This document shows, in pieces, positions 40,176 through 53,572 of a stretch of DNA of 64,000 nt. The notes beneath the pieces were generated by a model. The model ran no database searches and was not told the origin of the DNA. It was given only the letters and a program-made list of their open reading frames with translations. This stretch comes from Octopus sinensis (taxonomy: Eukaryota): assembly GCF_006345805.1 (NCBI RefSeq), contig NC_043017.1, forward strand, positions 29,760,001-29,824,000. The letters are read 5' to 3'. Position numbers and translations under genes: made by a program. Position 1 is the stretch's first letter. Each line of letters begins with the position of its first letter.

Positions 40176-40949
40176 TTGCTGCAATAAGAGTACTGATAAT
40201 AAAATTGAACACCACGATAGTATGAAAAACCAAAGACATGATCACGGCGATGAATATAATGATATTAATTATAATGATGATTATTATAATTATCATATTA
40301 AAGTACTCATCTGCAGCGACGCTAGAAACACACACACACACACAATTTCGCATGCAAAACTAAATACCTACACACCTACTTACTAAGAATCAGAGAAACT
40401 ATTAACTGTTAATCTCTTTCTGTCTCAATTGACACCAACTTTTCTTTCTCCGTCTCTGTCCCTCTCTCTCATTATTTGACTGTCACTCTCTTACAATTTA
40501 CATCTCTCAGTCCCGACCACTCAATGTATCTATTAAACATCTCTCACTCCGTCAGATCTACATTTCTATCAATAACATTTTCAAAGACAGACGAAACTTT
40601 AATGTGACAGGGGTCATCTTTAAAGAGAACGTCTGAGACAGGCAATACTATAAAATCAACAACACGGAATAGTGCGTTTAATTCGTTTCTTTACAGCAAG
40701 GAGGCTTGTAAATCACATTATAATTACGATTCTCTTGTAATGACTCCGCACATCCGTCAAATGCCGAGCAAACGAGATTAACAAATTGTACCGACAATTA
40801 TAGTACACGAGACACCTCGTATTCCGTATTCAAACACTTATGCATCTTTTACTCTTTAACGGCAATTGTGATAAATAAGAGACGAAATATAACAAAAAGC
40901 TCAGCTTGATTCACTGTAAATCGACATTGTAATATGTCACACATTCCGT

Positions 40950-41340
40950 ACATCTATCTGTGTATCTTTCTTTCTTTCTCTCTCTGCCACTATCTATTTA
41001 TCTACTTCTCTATCTATCTATCTATCTATCTATGTCTCCCCCCTATCTCTATCTATCTATCTATCTATCTATCTCCCCCTCTCTCTCTCTTTATATATCT
41101 ATCTATGTCTCCCCCCTCTCTTTCTATCTATATATCTATCTATCCATGTCTCTCCCTCTCTCTCTATATATATATATCTATCTATGTCTCCCCACTCTCT
41201 CGCTCTCTATCTACCTATCTGCCTCTATCTACCTATCGATCTATCTGTCTCTCTATCGGTGTCTTTATCTCTTTCTCTCAATATGTCTGTGTCTGTCTCT
41301 CTATCTATCTGTCTGTCTCTCTCTATCTATATAAATATAT
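40950..41340. repeat. (TCTA)n/(CT)n compound repeat
   Basis: Direct reading. Confidence 0.9.
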
Positions 41341-41355
41341 TCTTTTACTCTTTTT

Positions 41356-41555
41356 ATTTTACTTGTTTCAGTCATTGTACTGCGTCCATACTGGAGCACC
41401 GCCTTTAGTCGACCAAATCGAATCCAGGTCTTATTCTTTGTAAGCTTAGTACTTATACTATCAATCTATTTTGCCGAACCGCTAACTTACGGGAACGTAA
41501 ACACACTAACATCGGTTGTTAACCGATGGTGGAGGGACAAACACAGACGCCCAAA
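41356..41555 (-). mobile_element. SINE group E, 3' half
   Basis: ttttacttgtttcagtcatt...ctggagcaccgcctttagtcgacc...ttttgccgaaccgctaa. Confidence 0.8.
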
Positions 41556-42360
41556 CATATACATACACACACACACTTATATATACAGACGCGCGCGCGC
41601 GCACTCACACACACACACACACACGTTTCTAAATTCGTCTATGTTTATAGTAGTTAATTCTTAGGGACACAACCCTTAGAACCTTTAGAATCTATTTCTC
41701 TTCAAACATTATTTTGCTTTTATTTACCAAATTTCTCAGTGAGTGGCCATATTGATAATACCTGAATGAGAGTAGAACGGTGCTTCGTACAACATAAAAG
41801 CAACACTGATTACAATAATATATGAGCATGAAACTTGAAGTAGCTCACGTCTAAAGTGTGTTTGCATTAAATTATATTGATATCTCGTTGGATTGAGTAC
41901 ATATGTTGTTGGATATGTTGAACACACTAGGAACCAAACAGTAGACTACACGCATACACATACATACACCTGAATCACACACATATGCATAAATTAGGTA
42001 ATATTTATGAGTGTTTACAAGTGCATACGCACATTTTAAAGGGGCACATTATGTCATATGACATGTAACGTAGCATTGAGTTGCATTAAACTCGTAGTCA
42101 CCCGAGGCTTCGATGCAGTTTCAATTAACAATGGAAGTTATTTCAAGTGCATAAATATAATCCTTCCGCAAAGTATTAACTGGTGATCATATTACCTCTT
42201 CCTTAGAGAAATTCAAATTTTAGAATATAAATTTCAGAAGCCCTTGAATAACGGTACTGTGGGAAAACGTGGCTTGCAAAATCGTCGCCATCAGCATCAT
42301 CTCACCGAGTAACAATTTGCACAAATGTTTTCTGACATGGCTCCAGGTTTATCAATATCT

Positions 42361-42579
42361 ATTTCTTAATTGCCCACGGGAGGATAACACATAGAGCGGA
42401 CAAACAAGGCCAGGCAAACACTATTACATTGAGCCCAGTGCGTAACTAGTATGTTTTTAAACGACCACGAAAAGATGAAGGCTTAAAGTCGACCTCGGCG
42501 GAATTTAAACTCAGAACGTAGCAGCAGACGAAATACCGCTAAGCATTGCGCTTCGCATGCTAACGATTCTGCCAGCTCT
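42361..42579 (-). mobile_element. SINE group D (diverged)
   Basis: aagtcgacctcggcggaatttaaactcagaacgtagcagcagacgaaataccgctaagc...gctaacgattctgccagct. Confidence 0.8.
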
Positions 42580-42801
42580 CCAAATGAAATGCTTATAGCC
42601 TGTAACTGCAGGTATGAGATCTGTGAAGATAGATTGATTGACAGGTAGATTATATATATGAGCGTGTGTGTGTACGTACGTATCTCTCTTTCTCTCTCTG
42701 TGGCTGAGTATTAAGAAGCTTGCTTACTAACCACTTAATTCCGGGTTAAATACCTCAGCATGGTAAGTTGGTACACGGAAAATTAGAGAAGCCCGTCATG
42801 T

Positions 42802-42845
<44 letters not shown>

Positions 42846-42912
42846 GATTTTTATTTGAGAATGAGATAAAAAAAATCCGTGGTTGTGAAGATTTTAGATC
42901 ATTTATAAATAG

Positions 42913-42960
42913 ACCTTACAGCTGTTTCCAGGATATTTAATATATCCCTTCATCGGAGAT
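42913..42960 (-). ncRNA. Type-I hammerhead ribozyme-like motif, tandem copy 1
   Basis: AUCU-CCGAUGA-aGGGAUAU auuaa AUAUCCUg-GAAACAGCUGUA-AGGU: stem I 4 bp, stem II 7 bp (A.G at base), palindromic stem III ACAGCUGU, GUA triplet. Confidence 0.55.
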
Positions 42961-43269
42961 GGTGTAAGGAGATGGTTAAGCAATAGTTAATTTAGATAAT
43001 ATACGAAATAGAGAATGAAGTGGAGGAATGAAAATAAATGTGAGATATGCAGGGATATTGCATTTGTAGATCAATTATTTAGCCTTGGTCTTTTTTATCA
43101 CCTTCTGAAAAAAAAATTATATATACACTTGCTGATATATGACCTACGCTGGACTCCTTATTCGCATAATCACTGAACTTGGTGCTTAACTATGGTCTAT
43201 CCATAGCCCTTACTCACCATTACCCGACACCTTTGGGTCTTATTGACACCATTATCTCATAACATATAT

Positions 43270-43312
<43 letters not shown>

Positions 43313-43379
43313 GATTTTTATTTGAGAATGAGATAAAAAAAATCCGTGGTTGTGAAGATTTTAGATCATTTATAAATAG

Positions 43380-43427
43380 ACCTTACAGCTGTTTCCAGGA
43401 TATTTAATATATCCCTTCATCGGAGAT
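43380..43427 (-). ncRNA. Type-I hammerhead ribozyme-like motif, tandem copy 2
   Basis: Same sequence as 42913-42960, shifted by 467 bp. Confidence 0.55.
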
Positions 43428-43733
43428 GGTGTAAGGAGATGGTTAAGCAATAGTTAATTTAGATAATATACGAAATAGAGAATGAAGTGGAGGAATGAAA
43501 ATAAATGTGAGATATGCAGGGATATTGCATTTGTAGATCAATTATTTAGCCTTGGTCTTTTTTATCACCTTCTGAAAAAAAAATTATATATACACTTGCT
43601 GATATATGACCTACGCTGGACTCCTTATTCGCATAATCACTGAACTTGGTGCTTAACTATGGTCTATCCATAGCCCTTACTCACCATTACCCGACACCTT
43701 TGGGTCTTATTGACACCATTATCTCATAACATA

Positions 43734-43764
<31 letters not shown>

Positions 43765-44000
43765 GTGTGTGTGTGTGTTTGTCTTCCCCCTCTCACCAGT
43801 GGTTATGTTGATATCCCTGTAACGTAGCGGTTCAGCAAATAATACCAATAGAATAAGTACTAGGCTTTAAAAATAAAACATGGTGTGGATTTGATCGACT
43901 GAAACCCGTTCAAGGCAGTGCTGCAGAAAGGCCGAAGTCAAATGACTGAAACTAGTAAAAGAATGAACGAAAGAATGTGTAATTGTGTGTGTGTGTGTGT

Positions 44001-44033
<33 letters not shown>

Positions 44034-44658
44034 ATGAAGAGAGAGAGAGAAACATTGTTATACGTGTATCTGTGAGTCATTGTTTGCCAGGTTTATCGAG
44101 TTACATACCTTTAAATCTACATGTAAGTCATCGATCCGGTAAAAACCATTACAATATTTGGGTCGGTATTTTTAAAATATAAATTCTGCCGCTCTACATC
44201 GACCATAGTCCGATGAAAATCGCAAAGAGAAATGCATAAATATATAGTATTTGTGTGCGTATACATGTTTATATGAGTATATGCGTATTTCGAATAAAGA
44301 ACTTCCCATGTATTCTATACGATTATGTATGAGAATTTTAAGATCGTGTCATAAATGAATGGCAAGTGTTAAACGTTAATAATAATAATAATATTAATAC
44401 TTTAAATATTTCACAAAATCAACCCAATGTCATGCACCTCTGTTGCCGGTGATGAATGATGTCGGCATTTGTCATCGCATCCTCCGTCTTGTATCAAAAA
44501 CAATTTTAGAATAATAAAAGGATTCTCAATGTTCATAGTATGATTTCGAGCACACTCGGTAGAATTATGATAGGAGTGGCACCTCCGGGATACTGGAGCC
44601 GGGCACTTTCAGATATTAGTTTCCGTAAAATATTTTACAAAGTGGTCCAATACATTGC

Positions 44659-44865
44659 CGGCGACGAGTTGGAAGACTCGTTAGCGCATTGAGCAAAACG
44701 CTTAGCGTTATTTCGTCCGTCCGTACGGTCTGAGTTAAAGTACCGCCGAGGGTCACTTTGATCTTTATCCTTTGGGTTCGGTAAAATAAGTACCAGTTGA
44801 GTACTAGGGTCGATGTAATCGACTTATCCCATCTCCCAGAATTGCAGGCCATGTAGAAACCAATA
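44659..44865 (+). mobile_element. Old group-D-related SINE
   Basis: gcttagcgttatttcgtcc...ccgccgagggtcacttt...ataagtaccagttgagtactagggtcgatgtaatcgactta. Confidence 0.65.
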
Positions 44866-44942
44866 TAATATATATGTGTAAGTGTGCGTGTTTTTTAGTA
44901 TGTGTGTGTGTGTTTCAGAGAGATAGAGAGAGATAAACTGAT

Positions 44943-44980
<38 letters not shown>

Positions 44981-45514
44981 TAATTGTTTATTGTTCTGAA
45001 AGTTTATCGAACCTATTCTCAAGTCGGAAACAAAGATGCCAACGGGTTTCTGGTGTCGAGTGTCAGAGGAATTCGTACAAAAGATGCAGAATATTTAAGG
45101 CGTACTATTTTGTTGATAGACAATATCAGATTCCAAAGCCACAATTTAGTTATACAATAACTGTGCAAAAGTATATGATAACCTTCATAGAAAACTTGAT
45201 AAAAAATAGGAGTCAAAATGTCGGTGTCACACGACAAAGAACAAGACAAAACATTTTGGTTCATCAAGGAAATATGATATTCAACAAAAACAAGACTGAT
45301 TTAAAAACCTATTTTCGTTTTTTACATGTCATACACAATAGAGTGTGTTCAGAATTATTATCCTAGTGGACTGCAACAAGTAATAGAATATCATTATTTT
45401 AATAATTAAGTGATGTAATTAAAAGAAGTCCGAACGTTCAGAGGAAAGATAAAATGCCTGTCAATACATGCGAGTATGGGTATTCGTGTATGTATGTATG
45501 TATATATATATATA

Positions 45515-45900
45515 TTTAGGATAATCGTATGGAAAACGCGGTTTTTATACTTTCATTTTTCGGACTTAAGATAAACAGACCTCTTTTTAAATTTAAAATA
45601 TATCCTCCATCATGTTCTACTGTGCTTTTCCATCTATCCGGTAGACTGGCAAGGCCCCTCTTCCAAATTGCACTTGTCCCTGACGAAGAATACTTCCCCA
45701 GTGTTATTCTGACCTCGTCTACAGAATTCAAATATTTTCTGTTCAAATGATTTTGAAAACTGGGAAGTAACTTATAATCTGATGGGGTATTATAGTGGGT
45801 GGTTCATCGTTTCTCATTCAAACTGCTAGAGCCTTTGGAATGTCATCTTCGCTGTATGTGGCCGATAGAAGAACATCATTCATCTTGAAACCAAACATGT
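45515..45900 (-). mobile_element. Decayed mariner transposase 3' end with right TIR
   Basis: Minus strand: RPHTAKMTFQRL*QFE*ETMNHP (cf. DNARPH...WE.L.HPPY), then PSDYKLLPSFQNHL (cf. YSPDLAPSDY..F), then NSVDEV...WKRGLASLPDRWKSTVEHDGGYI; ends aaaaccgcgttttccatacgattatcctaaa|TA. Confidence 0.88.
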
Positions 45901-46769
45901 TCGCTTTTGTGTGTGTGTTTGTGTGTGTGCGCGCGTACATACAATTATATTCACTATATACATGTATATAATATATATATAATATATATTTGTATATATA
46001 TAAATACATTCTTTTTCTCCTTTACTTGTTTTAGTCATGTGACAGCGGCAGTATGGTGCACCACTTTAATATATTGTGTCTATATATGTATATATATACG
46101 CAATGTATTCGCAAAAGTGCACAAATGTTTCCTTCTGTTCAATAATCGAGTGGATTGAAAAGAAAAAAGGACGAAACTAAAAAATGCTACTAGAGTATTT
46201 TAATGATTAGTTAATCTAATTGTAAGAAGTAAAAAACGATTACGTAAAAAGATAAAAGGAGAGGATTGTGATACGACATATATTACAAGAAGATGTATTC
46301 TGAGATGGTAACGCAAATACAGGAGAAAAATATTGAAAGAATAAAAGAGCGATGCAAAAAAACATAAACAAAGAATGAGGGAAAGAAAAAATAGCGAAGA
46401 AATTAGAGAAAGAATAAATAGAGGAGATAGGAGGATGGTGGTGGTGGTGGGGACGAAATGTATGCAAAAATGAAACTAAGAGCAGAGAAAAATATTACTT
46501 AGAAAAACAAAGACAACGTTATCTGCCAATTATTCTCACCGTTTCTTCACTCTATGATGTTAGTTAGACGTTAACTTCACCTGTGTGTGTGTGTGCGCAT
46601 CTATAGCGATACACGCTCAAATACACGCACAGACAGACAGACAGATACTTGCATATATATATATAAGAGTGAGTGAGTGTGTTTTTACGTATGTATAGAG
46701 TGTTTTGGATCGACGCATCCGAGCATGTATGTAGTTCTGTTTGTCTATATGTTTACAGTCGGTACATAT

Positions 46770-47552
46770 ATGTGTGCATGTATATATATACAAATACATA
46801 CATATATATATACATACACTTATAAATATATATATATATAAGCACATACATATATAAGTATATATATAAGTACATACATATATATACACACACTTATAAA
46901 TATATATATATATAAGCACATACATATATATACACACACTTATAAATATATATATATATATATAAGCACATACATATATAAGTATATATATAAGTACATA
47001 CATATATATACACACAAATATATATATATATATATACACAAATACATAAATATATATACACACAAATATATATATATATATATATACAAATACATACATA
47101 TATAAATACATACAAATGCATACATATATATATACATACAAATACATATATATATATACATACAAATACATATATATATACATACAATTACATATATATA
47201 TACATACAATTACATATATATATGTTGTTATATATCTTCCGCTTTAAAACAATACAAAAAGGAAACTATAAGATGGCTAACTAGCTCTGCAACTAACAAG
47301 CTATTACTAGTTAGTCATTGCCATGTCTTAAGTAAATATCAAGTAACGAATGTATGTCAAAACAAAGAGCATGACGATAACATTGTCATTATTTATTTCT
47401 TGGAGGTTTTTTGTTGTTTTTTTCTTTTTATTATTATTATTATTATTGATAACAATAATGCCAAAAACTACGCTCTTATAGAGTGGATCTTGAATGGCGT
47501 ATTTACATTGCAGCTCATCACGGTAGCTGGATGTAACCCAACAACTGCAAAT

Positions 47553-47588
<36 letters not shown>

Positions 47589-47858
47589 ATATATATATGT
47601 GTAAGTGTGTATATGTATATATGTGTATGTGTATGTATGCATGTATATGTATGTGTAATATATATATATATGTATGCATGCATATATATATAGGTATGCA
47701 TGTATATGCATATATATATATAAGTATGCATGTATATGCATATATATATAGGTATGCATGTATATGCATATATATATATGTATGCATGTATATGCATATA
47801 TATATGTATGCATGTATATGCATATATATATATAGGTATACATGTATATATCTATGTA

Positions 47859-47945
<87 letters not shown>

Positions 47946-47990
47946 GTATATATATATGTATATATGTATATATATATATGTATCTATATA
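46770..47990. repeat. Two large TA/TACA/TGCA compound microsatellite fields (46770-47225, 47545-47990)
   Basis: Direct reading. Confidence 0.9.
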
Positions 47991-47997
47991 GCGAACA

Positions 47998-48629
47998 TGA
48001 AAATAATGATGACGATGAAAGTGATGATGATGATGTTGATGAATGATATTGATGATGATGGTGGTTGTGATGATGTTAGTGATGGTATCGATATTGTTGA
48101 GGCTGAAGATGTTTTTTTGTTCTTTTCCGACAAAGGCTTGTTTTAGAGGACTTTAGAAAGGCATTCTACAGAATGTGTAGGGGTTGACAGAAAAAAGGAA
48201 ACAAAAACTCGGGGATGAAAAGAAAAAAAGCCTTTAATATTATAAAAAGCGTACGAAGTTTTGCGGAAAATGTTGTTGATGGTGATGTTCACAAAAGATA
48301 ATGATGATGACGGCCACAGCGACAATAACGACTACGGCTATAAAGATGATTAAGACGATGATGATGATGACGATGATGATGATGAAGACGATGATGATGA
48401 AGACGATGATGATGATGATGAAGACGATGATGATGATGATGAAGACGATGATGATGACGATGATGAAGACGAAGACGAAGATGGTGGTGATGGTGATGGT
48501 GGTGATGGTGATGATGATGGTGGTGGTGATGACGACGACGACGACTTGCAATAAAGAGGCGAAAAATATTCATCGCTGCTGATATGAGAACGCTGCTGAT
48601 ATTTGATAACCATGACGTATGTGGTCACA

Positions 48630-48661
<32 letters not shown>

Positions 48662-49264
48662 GTTGATGATGATGATGTTGATGATGATGATGTTGATGAT
48701 GATGATGTTGATGATGATGATAAAGACCTATTCTGCTTTTCTTTTTTTTTGTTATTGTTACACGTAAGTATAATGTTTATGACGAAGAAAACGTTGATGG
48801 CGCCGAAGCCGCATCTTTCACTCTACGTATCGTGATGATGACGATAATTATAACGATTCGTTTTTCTTCTAGTTTATCTTATTCCACTACTTGCAGAGGC
48901 TTCACGATGAAGATGATGATGATAAGGAGGAGGAGGCGAGGAGGAGGAGGGAAGCATTGACTTCTGTTGATGATGATGTTGATGATGATGATGGTATTGA
49001 TGTTGACGATGGTGATATCAAGATGTTGATGATGGTGATGCTTATAAACACGATGATGATGATGACGGATAATGATGATGATGATGATGAGGAGGAGGAG
49101 GAAAGCATTGACTGCTGTTGAAGATGATGATGATGGCGGTTGTACAACGGCGATGATGATGATGACAAGGAGGAAGAGGACGCGGATGAAGAGAAAGAGA
49201 ATGTTGACGTCAGAAAATATCCCTTGAATAAGTAATGGCTGTGAGAGTCCTGCTGCTGGTGATG

Positions 49265-49296
<32 letters not shown>

Positions 49297-49655
49297 GATG
49301 ATGGTGGTAATGATGATGGTGATGGTGTTGGATATGATAATTATGATGAGGATGATGAGGATGACGATGATGGTGACGACGACGATGATGGTGATGATGA
49401 TAAAGAGGAAGAGGTCGAGGAGAAAGAAGCTCTCCATGTCAGACAATATCCCTCCGCTAAGATGAAGTTAATACCTAAGCTAGTGTTGCTGCTGCTGCTG
49501 CTGCTGATGATGATGATGATGGATGATGCTGAGTCTAATGATGATAATGAGGACGACCACGACGAAGATGACGATGGTGGAGGTGGTCATGACATTTATG
49601 TTGATGAAGATGATAATGATGATGATGATGGTGATGTTGAAGGCAGCGGCGGTGT

Positions 49656-49687
<32 letters not shown>

Positions 49688-50030
49688 GTGGTAAAGGCAG
49701 CGGCGGTGGTGGTGATGATGCGGATGGTGGTCATGACATTTATGTTGATGAAGATGATAATGATGATGAAGGTGATGTTGAAGGCAGCGGCGATGATGAT
49801 GATGATGAGGGTGGCAATAATGATGAATTAGGTTCCGATGAAGATCGATTTTTTTTTTGCCCACGGTGTCGAAAATTAAGACTGAAAAAAAAAATCAAAA
49901 TGAATATAATGATGACGATGATGATAATAATAATGATAACAACGAGTGGAAATGATAAGGGAAGGAGATTGTAGAAGCGGTGATGGTGATGGTGTTGATT
50001 ATGAGGGTGGAGATGAAATTTGGAAAAGGA
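47998..50030. repeat. About 2-kb degenerate (GAT/GAC/GGT)n trinucleotide field with internal duplications
   Basis: GAT runs interleaved with duplicated unique segments (gaagcattgact.ctgttga twice; ggtggtcatgacatttatgttgatgaagatgataat twice). Confidence 0.9.
49462..49974 (+). CDS. Speculative secreted Asp/Gly-rich acidic peptide (170 aa); more likely non-coding repeat read-through
   Basis: MKLIPKLVLLLLLLLMMMMM signal-like N-terminus, two GGHDIYVDEDDNDD..GDVEGSG repeats; lies entirely in a trinucleotide field. Confidence 0.15.
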
Positions 50031-50894
50031 GAATGATATGTTAACTAATTAACAATTTAATTGAGATTACTCTTGACGTTGTTTTATATAACAAATAATT
50101 CCTGTTATTAGTCACTACTTTAATATCGATTAATGTAATACAGGTTGGTTCAACTATTTTACGTTAAGTCAGAGACCATAGAATTACCATCACTTGCGAC
50201 TAATTTGCTGTTAGTATGTAATTTTTTTTTTCCCCTTTCTGTGTTTTTGTTATTTAATATAACATAATTACAGGGAAACATTCAAGGGGAACTAGTGCTG
50301 CAGTGTTTCACCAAGTGTTACGTTACTAATATGCAATATGAAAACAATAAATGGCAACGTGAAATATAACCACAGGAAAAATATATTTCGATGCTTATAA
50401 TTTTTTTTTTTAATTAGCAACTTAAAATTGAGCTTTTTGATATGAATCGGAAGAACATATATTTCTGATATATATATATATATATATATGGTATATATTC
50501 ACAGGTTAATGTGATTCCAATTATTGGCACAATGGTATTTGACAATAAATGGAAGAATTGAAAATGGTCTTCTCTGTATTCCACTTGTGAAAGCATCCGC
50601 TAAATATTTATTTCTCTACTAATCGTATATATTTGCTAGTCTTACTTGTTGCTGTTTCAATGCACGTATGCGTCTGGATATATAAACGAGAAAACGAGTA
50701 TTCTATATAAACGGCAGATTCCACTTCTTCCATCGACTCTGGTAAGTCCGCTGCTACTCACAATTACTGACTGTATACGATCATTTGAACGTACAAAAAC
50801 ACGATGGAATTTATTTGTATCGATTTATGTATATGTATATATTGCTTCTTAAGGAACATTTAAATTCTCAGATAGTATTATAAAATAATAAAAT

Positions 50895-51287
50895 GCTGTG
50901 TGGTAAGTAGCTTGTTTACCAACCACATGGTTCCGGGTTCAGTCCCACTGCGTGGCACCTTGGGCAAGTGTCTTCTACTATAGTCTCGGGCCGACCAAAG
51001 CCTTGTGAATGGATTTGGTAGACGGAAACTGAAAGAAGCCCGTTGTATATATGTATATATATATATGCGTGTGTGTGTTTGTATGCTTGTGTGTCTGTGT
51101 TTGTCCTCCAAGCATTGCTTGACAACCGATGCTGGTGTGTTTATGTCCCCGTTACTTAGCGGTTTGGCAAAAGAGACCGATATAATAAGTACTGGGCTTA
51201 CAAAAGAATAAGTCCCGGGGTCGAGTTGCTCGATTAAAAGCGGTGCTCCAGCATGGCCGCAGTCAAATGACTGAAACAAGTAAAAGA
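50895..51287 (+). mobile_element. SINE group E (well conserved)
   Basis: gctgtgtggtaagtagcttgtttaccaaccacatggttccgggttcagtcccactgcgtggcaccttgggcaagtg...gcggtgctccagcatggccgcagtcaaatgactgaaacaagtaaaag. Confidence 0.92.
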
Positions 51288-53476
51288 GCATAATACACGA
51301 AGTCTTATTTGTCTTTCCCTCCTAGAATATAACGCAAGAAACTCTTTTTAAAAATCTGAGAAAGATTCATATGACTTTACATAGCATATGTTTGTCTTTC
51401 ATTTCTTTTCCAACACCGAACGTAAACATTTTCTCCGTTTCCTCTTTGTATCTTTGCGGGTTTCTGTCTTCTGCATTCCTACAAACGAACACCTATTGGG
51501 TAAGGTTACGAAATGTGAACTTGACTTCAAATAAAACTGCGTTGAATAGATGATAAAGAAATACGCATTGCCGTAATGAAAACTTACTACTAATCTCTTT
51601 TTTCGATCTTAAGTTCTTTGAAGTGGGAAAAAACACCAAAAGAGAATTTGCACAGCAGAAAAATAAATGTTACTACGAAAGAAGTATTCAGTTTAAATCC
51701 TTCTCAAAATTTATATACATTAAGAACAATGTATTTCCTGTAAGAATATGTGATGTTGATACAAATCGGTCAAATAATTCGCTGAATTTATGAAGATCAA
51801 TATACAAAGAGCTTTAAAGAGAAGATTCCTCGTTAACGGCAGCAGAGAATTATTTCTTCCGCATAATGCGAATTTGTACTAATATACGTATAAAAATGCC
51901 AATGTATACGTACGTATATACCTACGTATGCATGCATACGAACGTATATACCTACATATATACTTACATACTTACATATATATATGCATGCATGTATGCA
52001 TATATATACACACACAAACACGTGGATTTTTGGCATAAGGCCAGAAATTTTAGCAGGATTGCTAGTCAGTTAATTCGATCCTAGTTTATGACTGGTACTT
52101 TACTTTGCAGAATATCCTAAAATAAAATTGAACTAGCCGGGAGTTGAATTCAATGAGTAAGGAGCCAGAATAAATACTTCAAGGGACCTTGTCTGATACT
52201 TTAACGATTCTGCCTTTTCGCAACTTCATTTATATCGTTGTCTGTCTGTCTGTCTGTCTATCTATCTGTCTATATATATATATATATATATATGTCTGTC
52301 TATTTATGTATTTGTCTGTTTGTATTATGTATCTATGCATGCACACGTGTGTATTGTGGCCTATTACTAGCATTGTATAGAGTTAACTGTGAAAGCACAT
52401 TTCTGACTCAAGAACTGCATTTCTATATCTGAAATTATGTTATCGTTCCCAGCCTAGGCCAGATTTGAACCCGAATATCCATGACCAACTATACTCCAAT
52501 CATGTCTAACTGTCTTTCAGTTATATTCATAACTACACTATCCAATATAAATTTTCCTTCTCTAAAACTATGGGGTCCAATTTGAGGCAAAATTTGATGG
52601 TAGCTCTAGCAGGTCAATCGACAGAATATAAAGACTCCACTGATTCGAAATCAATGTCGAAAAGGAAGATGGAATTATAATAACTCTCTCTTGTTCGTAC
52701 ATTCGTTGTTTTTACTGGTCAACTGTTAAAAATCCCCTGCAAGTAATGCTTCTTGCTATAAACTACGCTCCCGTATTATTCATTTCTTAACTGGCAGCCA
52801 AAAGTAGTTTCGGCACTAATTTTGTAGATCCTTACAAGGAATGATATCGAATTCGTTTTAATCATCTTAATTTCGTTTTAAATTGGGTCTTGTTAGTTGG
52901 AACTATTGATTTCTAAGTACGGCTTTCGTCTTAGTTATCAAAGAAACGTTCACTGCAAAGCGATGTTTCCACAAGCATTAAAACCATCACGCGTCGAACA
53001 AATTTAGAAGAAAGAAGTAGGAATTAAGATCATTGCTTTGATTTCCATCCTTCAGAAAAACATCCTTCTGTCTAAAAGTCAAATCTAGTGAAAGGTTTAT
53101 ATATCAGAATCGGTCTTACTGTCCTATCCCAAAATTCGAACGCTTTAGAATCCATGGCTAAGGCAGTAATCTTATATAGGACAACATATTCGATCTAACT
53201 GCGCATTTGAATTATTACACCAATGCTCTTAATAAATTAAACTCGATCACCACTCAATCACGACCTGCTTTGTGAAATCTTTACGTAAATCGATTTGGAA
53301 AGATGTTATAGAATGGAGTCCAATTCATTCGACTAGGATGTGCATTTGTTGTTAAGTAAAGAAGCAGTAAATACATACATAACACACAATCCTGTATGTA
53401 TATGCATGTGTGGGATCAGGGAGGTAGAGATGTAGTAAACAGGCTTAAGTACTGAGAGAAAAACGCTAATTAGAAG

Positions 53477-53513
<37 letters not shown>

Positions 53514-53540
53514 TCTATCTATCTCACTCTCTGTATGTAT

Positions 53541-53572
<32 letters not shown>

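Larger units (their letters stand above)
42842..43731 (-). repeat. Direct tandem duplication of a 423-bp PLE-like unit (42842-43264 and 43309-43731; period 467 bp, TA spacer)
   Basis: The two units appear identical by eye; each carries a hammerhead-like motif followed on the minus strand by AATAAA and (TA)n. Confidence 0.9.
42701..43962 (+). mobile_element. SINE group E split in two (5' part 42701-42797, 3' part about 43775-43962) by an insertion in its internal TA tract
   Basis: 5' part ends gaagcccgtc then (TA)n; after the insert, (TA)(TG)n resumes into tttgtcttccccc...agcggttcagcaaa...aatagaataagtactaggct...gtcaaatgactgaaac. Confidence 0.75.

Noticed and set aside
44203-44245. CCGAUGA...GAAAUGCAUA hammerhead-like string
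   Set aside because: Stem III is palindromic, but stems I and II do not pair convincingly.
48240-48628. Poly-His, poly-Ser, poly-Met and poly-Ile ORFs
   Set aside because: Alternative frames of the GAT trinucleotide repeat.
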